Both the position numbers and the translations under genes were made by a program. Shown here in pieces: positions 28,001-39,885 of a stretch of DNA of 64,000 nt (positions within the stretch are counted from its first letter, which is position 1; the number at the start of each line of letters is the position of its first letter). A model generated the notes under the pieces. It saw only the letters and a program-made list of their open reading frames with translations, was not told where the DNA came from and searched no databases. This DNA is from Octopus vulgaris (lineage: Eukaryota): assembly GCA_951406725.2 (NCBI GenBank), contig OX597815.1, positions 66,216,001 to 66,280,000 of the forward strand. Reading direction: 5' to 3'.

Positions 28001-28824
28001 TTATTATTACAGACTTCTCCAAACTCTGATCCTTCATGGAGAAGGAAAAAGCAAAGGATTGGGTGATTGCTTTCTCCTGTCAAAGAATTTTGGGTCAAAA
28101 AATTAAAATTTTTACATTTTTGCACCCCCAGTTCCATGCCTTTTTTTTCTGGTAAAGTTTTCTTATAACACCTGTCTCTTGTTATAGTAAAAAGATACCA
28201 TAAAATATTATTGGAATTTAAATAGGAAGAAAAGGATTATTCAAAACTTCACAAATTCTTATTGGCATTGAGTATATGAACAAAAATAGATATGATGCCT
28301 CAAGAAATAAAATCCACATATTTTGTATCATTAATTTAAGAATAACACAGTTGGCATCAGGAGTTATGTCAGAGAGTAAATACTTTGTTTAAAGTTATTT
28401 TATATAATAAAACCATTAACTAAGTCTTTAAGAGAAGAACCTTGTCCTCATTCAATTTGTAATGACCTAGTATGAGTCTAGATTCAGTTCTCTTTTGACA
28501 ATCCAGACTAAAAAATAAGAACTGTCTGAATCCACAGGTAGATGAAAGTTCTATGTTAAAAAAAATACAAAAATGAGAAGCAAGAACAAAGAAGTCCTTT
28601 TACCTGTTTGTCATTGAATTGTGGCCATGCTACAGAACCACTGTGAATTTTTTTTTTTTTTTTTTTTTTGTTGAACAAAGCAACCACAGTACTTACATTC
28701 TTTCTGAAGTCAATTACTTATTCTATCAGTCAAGCAGTCATAGGGTACCAATCCAAAGACATACATACCTATATTTATATATATGTATGTGTTATATATA
28801 TATATATATATGTGTATATATATA

Positions 28825-30991
28825 TCATCATCATCATCGTTTAGCATCCGCTTTCCATGCTAGTGTGGGTTGGATGATTCAACTGGGGTCTGGGAAGCCA
28901 GAAGGCTGCACCAGGCCCAGTCTGATCTGGCAATGTTTCTATGGCTGGATGCCCTTCCTAACGCCAACCACTCCGTGAGTGTAGAGGGTGCTTTTTATGT
29001 GCCATCGGCACAGGTGTCAGGCGAGGCTGGCAACGGCCACGCTCGGATGGTACTTTTTAAGTGCCACCGGCATGAAGCCAGTCGGGTCGGCGCTGACAAC
29101 GGCCATGTTCGGATGTTTCTCTTACGTACCACCGGCACTGGTATCACATCTGCAATTTCCATTGATGTTGATCGATTTTGATTTTGATTTTCACTTGCCT
29201 CAACAGGTCTTCACAAGTAGAGTTTTGTGTCCCAAGAAGGAAAGGTATGCATAAGTGGACTGGCTACATACCATATAGAGGCCATGGGTTATGGTCTCAC
29301 TCGTCCTGCCGGGTCTTCTCACGCACAGCATACTTCCAAAGGTCTCGGTCTCTATTCATTTCCTCGGTGAGACCTAAAGTTCGAAGGTCGTGCTTCACCA
29401 CCTCGTCCCAGGTTTTCCTGGGTCAGCCTCTTCCACAGGTTCCCTCAACCACTAGGGTGTGGCACTTTTTCACACAACTATCTTCATCTATTCTCGCCAC
29501 ATGACCATACCAGCACAGACATCTCTCTTGCACACGATGCTTCTTAGGTCCAACTTTTCTCTCAAGGTACTTACACTCTGTCGAGTATGAACACTGACAT
29601 TAGACATCCATCGGAGCATACTGGCTTCATTTCTTGCAAGCTTACGCATATCCTCAGCAGTCACGGCCCATGTTTCACTGCCATGTAGCACAGCTGTTCG
29701 TACACATGCGTCATACAGTCTGCCTTTTACTCTGAGCGAGAGGCCTTTTGTCACCAGCAGAGGTAAGAGCTCTCTGAAATTTGCCCAAGCTATTCTTATT
29801 CTAGCTGTTACACTTTCAGCACACCCGCCCTCGCTACTGACTTGGTCCCCTAGGTAACGGAAGCTATCAACTATTTCTAGTTTTTCTCCCTGGAATGTGG
29901 CAGAAGTTGGTCTCAGCATTTTCAGTGTTTATTGCTCCTGAGCGTTCGGTCACATACAAAAACTATATTCCTAGTTAGCCTTCCTTTGACATTGCTGCAC
30001 CTCTTATGTGTCCATAGCTTACACTTGGTGCATCTTATACAGTTTCTACCTATGCCTTTTCTACAGATCGAACAGGGCCATCTACCTGTAGGCGTTTGTG
30101 ATTTGTCTACCTTCCTACTTATTAGGACTTTGGTTTTGCTAGATTGACTCTAAGGCCCTTTGATTCTAATCCCTGCTTCCACACCTGAGACTTCTCCTCC
30201 AGTTCTGATAGTGACTCAGCAATTAGAGCAAGGTCATCAGCATAGAGGAGCTCCCAGGGGCATCCTGTCTTGAATTCCTCCGTTATTGCCTGGAGGACTA
30301 TGATAAATAGGAGGGGACTGAGCCTTGGTGGACCCCTACCTCTACCCGGAATTCTTCACTGTACTCGTTGCCAACCTTCACCTTACAAGCGGTGTCCCTG
30401 TACATGGCTCGCATAGCTGTCACTAACCATTCATCTATCCTAGTTTCCTCATTGACCACCAGATAAGGGATTGGGGGACCCTGTCAAAGGCTTTCTCCAT
30501 GTCAATGAAAACCAGGTACAGGGGCTTATCTTTGGCTAGGTATTTCTCCTGCAGCGGCCTTACCAGGAATATAGCATCAGTGGTACTCTTCCCTGGCACG
30601 AACCCAAACTACATCTCATCTAAACTAATTCTCTCTCTAATTAGTTGGGCTATGACCCTCTCCGTAACCTTCATTACCTGATCCAACAGCTTGATACCTC
30701 TGTAATTATTTGTATCTAGGACGTCACCTTTAGCTCTGTTGCATTTGACTATTATGCTACTACACCAGTCATTGGGTATGACTCCTTTGTGTATCACCTG
30801 ATTAACTATACTGGTGACTAGGCTATAGCCGACACTACCAGATATTTTGAGCATCTCTGCAGTGATTCCTGATGGGCCTGGGGCTTCCCCTGTCTTCATG
30901 CTTCTAATTCCCTTAACTACCAAGGAACTGTCAACTCGGATGGCTGGTCCCTCTGTTGGGTTGACATTCGGCAGACTCTCTTTATCCCATT
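28825..30991 (-). mobile_element. RTE (BovB-like) LINE, RT domain to 3' (CAT)n tail, frameshifted
   Basis: APGPSGITAEML, NYRGIKLL, ELLYADDLAL (30225-30255), FRYLG, LYDACVRTAVLHGSETW; runs into the assembly gap. Confidence 0.93.
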
Positions 30992-31091
30992 NNNNNNNNN
31001 NNNNNNNNNNNNNNNNNNNNNNNNNNNNNNNNNNNNNNNNNNNNNNNNNNNNNNNNNNNNNNNNNNNNNNNNNNNNNNNNNNNNNNNNNNN
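30992..31091. other. Assembly gap (100 N)
   Basis: Run of N; round length suggests a placeholder of unknown size. Confidence 1.
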
Positions 31092-32400
31092 TCGGCCACG
31101 TTCGGATAGTGCTTTTTATGTGCCACCGACACAGAAGCCAGTCGGGGCGGCGCTGGCATCGGCCACGTTCGGATAGTGCTTTTGGCGCTGGCATCGACCA
31201 CGTTCGGACAGTGCTTTTTATGTGCCACCGGCACACAGGAGCCAGTCAGGGCAGCGCTGGTATCAGCCACGTTTGGATGGTGCTTTTTATGTGCCACCGG
31301 TACAGAAGCCACTCGGGGCGGCGCTGGCATCGGCCACGTTCAGATAGTGCTTTTTATGTGCCACCGGCACAAGCATCACAACTACTATTTCCATTGATAT
31401 TTATTTCGACGTTCATGTTCATGACTCAACAGGTCTCCTCAAGCACAGCGGGACGTTCTGGGATCCGGGGTACTTTGAATGGGCAGGGGCTATGCGGAAC
31501 TGATGCAGGAAGCAGCCCGGGTCTTTGCAGTCACAGCATATCTCCAGAGATCTCGGTCCATCGCCATTGCCTCAGTGAGGCCCAACGCTCTGAGGTCATG
31601 CTTGCCTACCTCATCCCATGTCTTCCTGGGTCTACCTCTCCCCCTGATACCTTCAACTGTTTGGGAGTGGCACTTCTTCACACATCTCTCCTCATACATC
31701 CGCAGCACATGACCATACCATCGCAAGCGTCGCTCTTGCACACCACATCTGATGCTTCTTATATCCAGCATTTCTCTCAGGGTGCTTACACTCTGTCGTG
31801 CGTGCACGCTGACATTACACATCCAGCGGATCATGCTAGCTTCATTTCTTTCAAGTCTACGCATGTCCTCTGCAGTCACAGCCCATGTTTCACTACCGTG
31901 AAGCATGGCAGTTCGCACACACGCATCATACAATCTACCTTTCACTCTGAGGGAGAGACCCTTTGTCGCCAGTAGGGGTAGGAGCTTTCTGAACTTTGCC
32001 CAGGCTATTTGTATTCTAGTGGTGATACTCTCTGTGCATCCACCTCCACTACTAACTTGGTCACCCAGGTAGCGGAAACTATCAACTACTTCTAGTTTCT
32101 CTCCCTGGAGTGTGATGGAATCTGTTTTCTGAGTGTCTGTGGTGTCTATTGCCCCTGTGCATCTGCCGCACATGAAAGCTATCTTATCTGTTAATTTCCC
32201 TTTAATGTTGCTGCACCTCTTGTGCGTCCACAGCTTACATTGGGTGCATCTTATGGAGTTTCTACCTACACCTTTCCTACAGATCGAGCAGGGCCACCTG
32301 CCCGAGGGGGTGTGTGCTGAGTTCGCCTTTCTGCTTACTATAACTTTGGTCTTTGCTATATTTACTCTAAGGCCCTTTGATTCTAACCCTTGCTTCCACA
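31092..32400 (-). mobile_element. 5'-truncated RTE LINE copy with tandemly repeated 3' UTR
   Basis: ORF 31490-32476: GLRVNIAKTK, PCSICRKGVGRNSIRCTQCKLWTHKRC, FRYLG, RRLRWYGHVLRM, RGRGRPRKTW; ~65 bp repeats at 31092-31370. Confidence 0.93.
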
Positions 32401-32656
32401 CTCGAATCTCGAAAATGAACAAAATGAAACAACCATGACAAGTTGTAATTATTATATTTTTAAACGTTTTTATCAAAATATTACTGAATCAATTCTGCAG
32501 TTCAATAGGTGTCTCTTTAAAATGGAAAATTATTTGGCAACATTAAAATATCAAATAGATGCATCAAATATTTGATTTTAACATTAAAAAATGATCATTT
32601 CATATTTAAATAATGTTTCTATAAACAGTTTCCTAAACAGACGGTAGCTGAAATTT

Positions 32657-33262
32657 CACTGTGCAACAAATTTCAGGTTCAAAAAAAGTACAAGTTAAGT
32701 AAGACTTGTTTCTAGGTCAAAAAATTGTCCTAATTCTGATTCTGACCTTTATTTCTCCAGTTTAGGCACCATTTTCCTGTACCATGAACCATATGTTTTA
32801 TAATATACTGCATAATATTGCGTATTGAACACAACATTGCAAATACTGAAAATTACGAAAACAAAACAAAAATTTAGTATAACAACACATATATTGGTTA
32901 TGAATTAAAAACACACCTGTCAGTTTAAACAACTTTTGTCCTTCTAAGCCTCACGTGTGGAGTGTGATCTTTTTTATACCCCAGCAGTAGTCTGCCAACA
33001 TACCAGGATTCCATTTTCCTTTGAATCGTCACTGCATCACTGAAATATCCTGATGGAATCTTTCGCCATGTTCATCACTCACATCACCAAGATTTTCTGC
33101 AAAAACATCCAAATGAGAGTGAAGCAGATGAACTTTTAGAGATATGTTACATCCTATATCATTATAATGACTCAGCAGATCAATCACAACTTGCACATAG
33201 TCTTCTGAACGATGGTTGCCCACAAAGTTATCGCAAACTTTCTTGAATGACCCTTTGACACA
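32657..33262 (-). mobile_element. DNA transposon end fragment, Chapaev3-like (CMC)
   Basis: CNISLKVHLLHSHLDVFAENLGDVSDEHGERFHQDISVM..GKWNPGMLADYCW; terminus CACTGTGCAACAA at 32657. Confidence 0.7.
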
Positions 33263-33568
33263 TACTAAGCAAAACCCTTGCCACTCTCTCTTATGTGTAA
33301 TTCTTGTTTGTTTTATGTGTGCATGTGCATCTATATTTGTGTGTGAATGTGTGCTTCAGAAATGTAACTGCACATGGATTATTGGCGATTTTTCCTTATT
33401 TTCCCTTCTTTCTCTTTGGATTTTCTTCTTTCCAATGAAGAACTATGCTCGAAATGTTAACAACTCTCTCCTTTCACTGAACATAAAATTAATATATTGC
33501 TTGTGCACGCCCTCACTATCGTCTTTTTCTTTTTTCTCTGTTTTTTAATTGCTTGTTCTTTGAATTGA

Positions 33569-33620
<52 letters not shown>

Positions 33621-33899
33621 TCAACAATTGAGGGTAAAATTAATTAATTATTAATCAATTTCACCAAGTGTTCAGTATGCAAAGGGACCATTTAAGGCGA
33701 ATTCAAATTATTACATTATATAGAAGGGCTTAGTAAAATAAATTACTTCGCCGCATACTGAACTCATTAGAAATAGCAGCTAAAAAACTTTTTTAAAGCT
33801 ATTTCTAATACTTAAAGAAAATCTCTCTCATATATAGCGTTTGCTTAATTTAACTCACAAAAGTTTGGGGGTAAGGACATTAAAAATCAAATGCTAAGG

Positions 33900-33960
33900 T
33901 TATTTGAGTACGTACGTTTCAAGATTAGTCAAAACAACATTTCTCTCTTCAGCTCATAAA
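33900..33960 (-). ncRNA. Minimal type I hammerhead ribozyme motif, copy 1
   Basis: UUAUGAG-CUGAAGA-GAGA-17 nt loop-UCUU-GAAAC-GUAC-GUA/CUCAAAUAA: full core, stem I UGAG:CUCA, stem II GAGA:UCUU, stem III AC:GU with palindromic GUAC loop. Confidence 0.75.
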
Positions 33961-34119
33961 TTCCTTTTGGATTTTCTTCTTTCCAATGAAGAACTATGCT
34001 CGAAATGTTAACAACTCTCTCCTTTCACTGAACATAAAATTAATATATTGCTTGTGCACGCCCTCACTATCGTCTTTTTCTTTTTTCTCTGTTTTTTAAT
34101 TGCTTGTTCTTTGAATTGA

Positions 34120-34160
<41 letters not shown>

Positions 34161-34445
34161 TAATTTCAACAATTGAGGGTAAAATTAATTAATTATTAAT
34201 CAATTTCACCAAGTGTTCAGTATGCAAAGGGACCATTTAAGGCGAATTCAAATTATTACATTATATAGAAGGGCTTAGTAAAATAAATTACTTCGCCGCA
34301 TACTGAACTCATTAGAAATAGCAGCTAAAAAACTTTTTTTAAAGCTATTTCTAATACTTAAAGAAAATCTCTCTCATATATAGCGTTTGCTTAATTTAAC
34401 TCACAAAAGTTTGGGGGTAAGGACATTAAAAATCAAATGCTAAGG

Positions 34446-34506
34446 TTATTTGAGTACGTACGTTTCAAGATTAGTCAAAACAACATTTCTCTCTTCAGCT
34501 CATAAA
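34446..34506 (-). ncRNA. Minimal type I hammerhead ribozyme motif, copy 2
   Basis: Identical to copy 1. Confidence 0.75.
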
Positions 34507-34989
34507 TTCCTTGGTTTGGATTTGGAAACACTGAAAGTAAGAACATACCCTTTCGAAGATCCGCTCTTAACTAACAGTGCCAGCAAACCCAAATAAGCAA
34601 GTGAATCATTTCTGTTCTCCCCTTTCCACCAGCGTGGGTTAAAATCATCAAACGCTATGCTTATTTCGGTAAAATCCGAAGCAATAATTAGAGGGAGATT
34701 AATTATAATTTCAACAATTGAGGGTAAAATTAATTAATTATTAATCAATTTCACCAAGTGTTCAGTATGCAAAGGGACCATTTAAGGCGAATTCAAATTA
34801 TTACATTATATAGAAGGGCTTAGTAAAATAAATTACTTCGCCGCATACTGAACTCATTAGAAATAGCAGCTAAAAAACTTTTTTAAAGCTATTTCTAATA
34901 CTTAAAGAAAATCTCTCTCATATATAGCGTTTGCTTAATTTAACTCACAAAAGTTTGGGGGTAAGGACATTAAAAATCAAATGCTAAGG

Positions 34990-35050
34990 TTATTTGAGTA
35001 CGTACATTTCAAGATTAGTCAAAACAACATTTCTCTCTTCAGCTCATAAA
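34990..35050 (-). ncRNA. Minimal type I hammerhead ribozyme motif, copy 3
   Basis: As copy 1 but GAAAU instead of GAAAC (stem III C-G becomes U-G). Confidence 0.68.
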
Positions 35051-35516
35051 TTCCTTGGTTTGGATTTGGAAACACTGAAAGTAAGAACATACCCTTTCGA
35101 AGATCCGCTCTTAACTAACAGTGCCAGCAAACCCAAATAAGCAAGTGAATCATTTCTGTTCTCCCCTTTCCACCAGCGTGGGTTAAAATCATCAAACGCT
35201 ATGCTTATTTCGGTAAAATCCGAAGCAATAATTAGAGGGAGATTAATTATAATTTCAACAATTGAGGGTAAAATTAATTAATTATTAATCAATTTCACCA
35301 AGTGTTCAGTATGCAAAGGGACCATTTAAGGCGAATTCAAATTATTACATTATATAGAAGGGCTTAAGCAAACGCTATATATGAGAGAGATTTTCTTTAA
35401 GTATTAGAAATAGCTTTAAAAAAGTTTTTTAGCTGCTATTTCTAATGAGTTCAGTATGCGGCGAAGTAATTTATTTTACTAAGCCCTTCTATATAATATA
35501 TATATATATATATATA

Positions 35517-37192
35517 TACTAGCTTAAGGTGACCTGCTCTATGCGCGGGTAAGAGTGTGGTTGTTACTTTCTGTTGTTTCCTTTCTGTTTTTTATCACCA
35601 CATTCTCCCTCTTTGTTTCTCTCTCCTTTCTCTCTTACTTTTTTCCACTCTCTTACTCTTCCTTTCTCTCGGACTCTCCCTTGCTTTCTCTTACTCTATA
35701 TCTTTATCTATCTCTCCCATTTATAAACAACAAAAGATCTTGAGTAAGTTGAGAAAGAAAATATTTTGAAAGATCAATCATAAATATCAGGCAGTGACAA
35801 CGGAAAGGCTTGCTTCAAGGCAGACAGCAAAACACTAACATTTAAAAGGGACAGATGAACTTGCAAGCTGAATGAAAATAAAAAAAATATTAGAAACCAA
35901 AGTTTGAAGTGATAGAATCTGAAGATAGTAGAGTCACCATGGCTGGCATTTCTTAACGATGGACAGCAACATAGTGGCAGTTTAACGGCTGGCGTAAAAT
36001 TTTGAACTTGATGTAAAAGAAAATTCCTAAACACCAAGTTTTGAAGTGATTCTTTCTCATGACAGTAGACTCACCATGGCAAGCATTCAAAACTTGTTCA
36101 TGATGGACGGCAACACATTGAAGATTTAAAGGCTGGCGCAAATTTTTTAGCTTAATGTAACAGAATTCGCTCCTGTAAATTTCAATCCTCTTCCAGCCCC
36201 ATTTAGACCCCTTTTCACATTTTGGTTAATATAACCCGATTTCATTCGGGTCTACTCGGGCCACATTTTATAAGATGAGGAATTTTGTCCTAGAGGTCAC
36301 GTCTTTCATTTGAGGAAAAAAATAGTTGCCATGCAAACTTGCCAGCACTTTTATCATAGGCGTGCATATTTTCAGCTCAACCGACCACATAATGCACACA
36401 TTATATATATATATATATAAGTAAATATATGGCACAATGAAGTACCGATATTTACTGGAAAATAGCGAACGTAATAAATACGACGCTAATGTATAGCTTC
36501 ACCGCGTATGTACTAGCAAAAATGCATGTGTGCAACAAACTTGAAAAAATTGTCTTACCTCCAGGGAGAACATCTGAAAGATGAAATACCTAGAAAGGGA
36601 TAATGTGGGACCGACTTCAGATTTTTCAAGATATGTCTGCACACATATACTTGATTTATCTTCATCAGCCAACATATACCCGACAACATTTCAGATGTTG
36701 CCACATCAATGCCAATACACTCAACTGAAACGCCAAAACGCTGACAGAACGAGAACAGTGAAGTTCTGTCAGTGTTTTGGCGTTTCAGTCGAGTGTATTG
36801 GCATTGATGTGGCAACATCTGAAATGTTGTCGGGTATATGTTGGCTGATGAAGATAAATCAAGTATATGTGTGCAGACATATCTTGAAAAATCTGAAACC
36901 GGTCCCACATTATCCCTTTCTAGGTATTTCATCTTTCAGATGTTCTCCCTGGAGGTAAGACACTTTTTTTCAAGTTTGTTGCACACACGCATTTTTACTA
37001 GTACATACGCGGTGAAGCTATACATTAGCGTCGTATTTATTACGTTCGCTATTTTCCAGTAAATATCGGTACTTCATTGTGCCATATATTTACTTCTATG
37101 TATAATTTTCCCTCATGGGCTATTCTTTACTGGAAAGCAATACTTTCGTATTGCATTACTATTTATATATATATATATATATATATAGATGA

Positions 37193-37253
<61 letters not shown>

Positions 37254-37790
37254 TATATAAATACAGATACATACACTTTGTATATATACATTATATATAC
37301 ATATTTATATATAGAACACACACACACACATATATAAATTAACCCAATAAATATCTGATTCATAATATTTGTTCTCATGATTGTGTGGTGGTGGCGATAA
37401 TAATTCTCTCTATGATTGCAGATGGACATAGAGAGAGAGAGAGAGAGAGGATGTTGAAGAAAGAGTGAAGGTGGCGGGGGAAAGATAGTAGACACTGTCA
37501 AACGACGTTATAGAGAGAAAGTGAAAGAAAGGGAGGGAAGAGAGAGAGATGGAGGAAGACAGGCAGATAAGACAATGAGAGAAGACTTGTCAAAGTGTGC
37601 GTTTTTTGCCCTAGTAACCACACCTTTTAAGATAGGGATTTCTAACCTAGCCCACTTACATCCTCACCTCATTTTACATGTCCCTGTAAATTTAGGAGTC
37701 AATCCAACGGGATCTAGTGGCCTTTAACCTGTTCCAATGCCAAAACCAGACAAACAAACTTTTCGCATTTCAGATTTATAGATATTGATA
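35517..37790 (+). mobile_element. Putative non-autonomous Helitron/Helentron-like element(s) containing nested insertions
   Basis: Starts tactagcttaaggtgacctgc..gcgcgggt directly after (TA)n; ~133 bp internal tandem repeat 35895-36170; ends cagacaaacaaacttttcgcatttc..atagatattg. May be two elements. Confidence 0.45.
36419..37095. repeat. Near-perfect 677 bp palindrome (332/333 bp arms, 12 nt spacer), probable foldback MITE
   Basis: 36419-36750 is the reverse complement of 36763-37095 with a handful of substitutions and one indel; explains the twin ORFs on opposite strands. Confidence 0.97.
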
Positions 37791-37916
37791 TTGATATATA
37801 TATATATATGTGTGTAGTCAATTAAAAAAAACTCAGAGGAAAAGAAAAATATCGAATGTTTGGACATGGCACAAGCAATGTATTAATAAGATGCTCACAG
37901 AAGGAAAAGAGTAGAA

Positions 37917-37951
37917 GTTTTACATTTCGAGCATGGCTCTTCTTCAGAAAC
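37917..37951 (-). ncRNA. Minimal hammerhead motif in a dispersed pLTR-like repeat (37815-38110)
   Basis: GUUU-CUGAAGA-A-GAGC-CAU-GCUC-GAAAUGUA/AAAC: stem I GUUU:AAAC, stem II GAGC:GCUC; homologous repeat at 33280-33572. Confidence 0.65.
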
Positions 37952-38147
37952 AGGAAAGTCTAAGGCAAAGGAGGAAAAAAATCGCCAACAATCACATGCA
38001 GTTACATTTTTGAAGTAAGTGACTGGAAGTAGGAATGAAGAGAAAATGCTTTCTGGAACAGGAGAGTGCAAAATGGTCAGTATTTGTATGCGCATGTGGT
38101 GTGTGTGTGTGTGTGTGGTTGTGTGTATGTACATATATATATATATC

Positions 38148-38535
38148 TTTACTTGTTTTAGTTGTTTCAGTCATTGAACTGCGGTCATGCTGGGGTCCAG
38201 CCTTGATGGGTTTAGTCAGACAAATCAACTCCAGTACTTATTTTTTAAGCCTTATTCTGTCAGCCTCTGTTGCCGAACCACTAATCTATAGCACTGTAAA
38301 CATACCAACACCAGTTTTCAAGAGGTGATGGGGCAGAAACATGCACACACACACATCTATATAAATATGTTTGGACCACACATATATACAACAGGCTTCT
38401 TTCAGTTTCTATCTACTCACAAGGCTTTGGCTGGCCCAGGGCTATAATAGAATACATTTGCCCAAGGTGTCATGCAGTGGGGCTGAATCCAGAATCATGT
38501 AGTTAAGAAGCAAACTTTTAACCACACAGCCATGC
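38148..38535 (-). mobile_element. SINE (family of 62455-62823)
   Basis: Reverse-complement similarity over head and tail. Confidence 0.8.
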
Positions 38536-39270
38536 TTCTGTATGTGTGTGTCTGTGTGTGTGTGTGTGTGTGTGCACGCACGTGCATGTGCATGTCCTCC
38601 ATCTCTCATTCCACTTTCACAATTTTATAAACTTACCTACCAACTCACCCTCTTTAATCCCTCTTCTGCTTCACTATAGACCCCTACATATAACTTGGGT
38701 GTATGCCTCCCCCCCACCTACCATCATCACTTCTATCACCATCACATTTTCACCATTTTCTTTCTCTATCGTCTCTCCACCTGAGGCAGCCATGTTTTTT
38801 CTCTACTACAAGACACCTTTTTCTGTTGCTGAATACTACACCTTCCTCAGTTGAGGGGTCTTGTCTTGCTAGTTATTTAGTGACCTCTATTGCTGGTGCC
38901 ATATAAAAAGTACCCACTACATTCTGTAAAGTAATTGCCAGTTCCTATTGAATCATCCAGCCCATTACCAGCATAGAAGGAGAATGTTGAATAATGATGC
39001 TGATGATAACGTTGAGTTTGTCAAACAGGATGACAAATCTATATCTCCATATTCTATGCGACCAATCATATGATATCACAGCAGGTACCATCTTGGTCAG
39101 CTGTTTCTGATTCATATTGATATCATTTAAAAGTTACTCATACCATCACAACAAATCATTAGATCATAGATAAATAGAGAGTTTGTGATACTAATTGGTT
39201 TTGCACCTTTACATTAACAATTGTTTCCTTCCCTCCCTCCTTCACCTAGTCTTTCTTCAGTTATCAACTA

Positions 39271-39316
<46 letters not shown>

Positions 39317-39885
39317 TATATATATATATACACATACACACGCACACACACACACACAACCCAATGTCTCGGTCATAGTTATCTGTAAAATTAAACGTCT
39401 TTATATTTGGCAGGACTATGTTAGTGTGTGTATGTATGTATACTCATACATTCATGTACACACACACACATATATACATACACACACATTCACACGCATA
39501 CATGCACAAATATTTGTGTGTGTGTGTGTATGAAATGTATGTTCATTGGAACAAAAGATTTCAAATCATAAAAGAACTGTTTATGTGGAACTTTGTTTCA
39601 CCTGACAGTGTATTCAACCAATGAAGAAAAGTTTTCTTTCTGATTTTTATATAAGATAAAAAATAGAAAGCTTCATTATATTTATCGTAAAATGAGTTTT
39701 TATTGATCTTGAAAGAATGAGAATTTGAACTCAGAATGTAAAGACAGATGAAATGCTGCTAAGCATTTTGACTAGTGTACTAACAATTCTGCCAGCTCAC
39801 TGCCTTATAAATAGCAGAAAATATTAGAGGTAAAGGTAAATAAAGGTCAGCAATCAGCTAAGTGTAAAATGGGACTGCTAAGGTA

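Larger units (their letters stand above)
33619..35497 (-). repeat. Tandem array of a 544-545 bp hammerhead-bearing unit, with terminal inversion
   Basis: Partial 33619-33965, full 34156-34700 and 34701-35244, partial 35245-35365, inverted segment 35363-35497; copies nearly identical; bounded by (TA)n. Confidence 0.92.

Noticed and set aside
34500-34700. ~66-codon open frame on the - strand of the tandem unit
   Set aside because: No start codon and no recognisable similarity
33619-35497. CRISPR-like or rDNA/snRNA array
   Set aside because: Units are identical throughout with no spacers and no rRNA/snRNA motifs; eukaryotic context
36555-36958. Two near-identical 125 aa ORFs on opposite strands
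   Set aside because: Consequence of the palindrome; no recognisable protein motif
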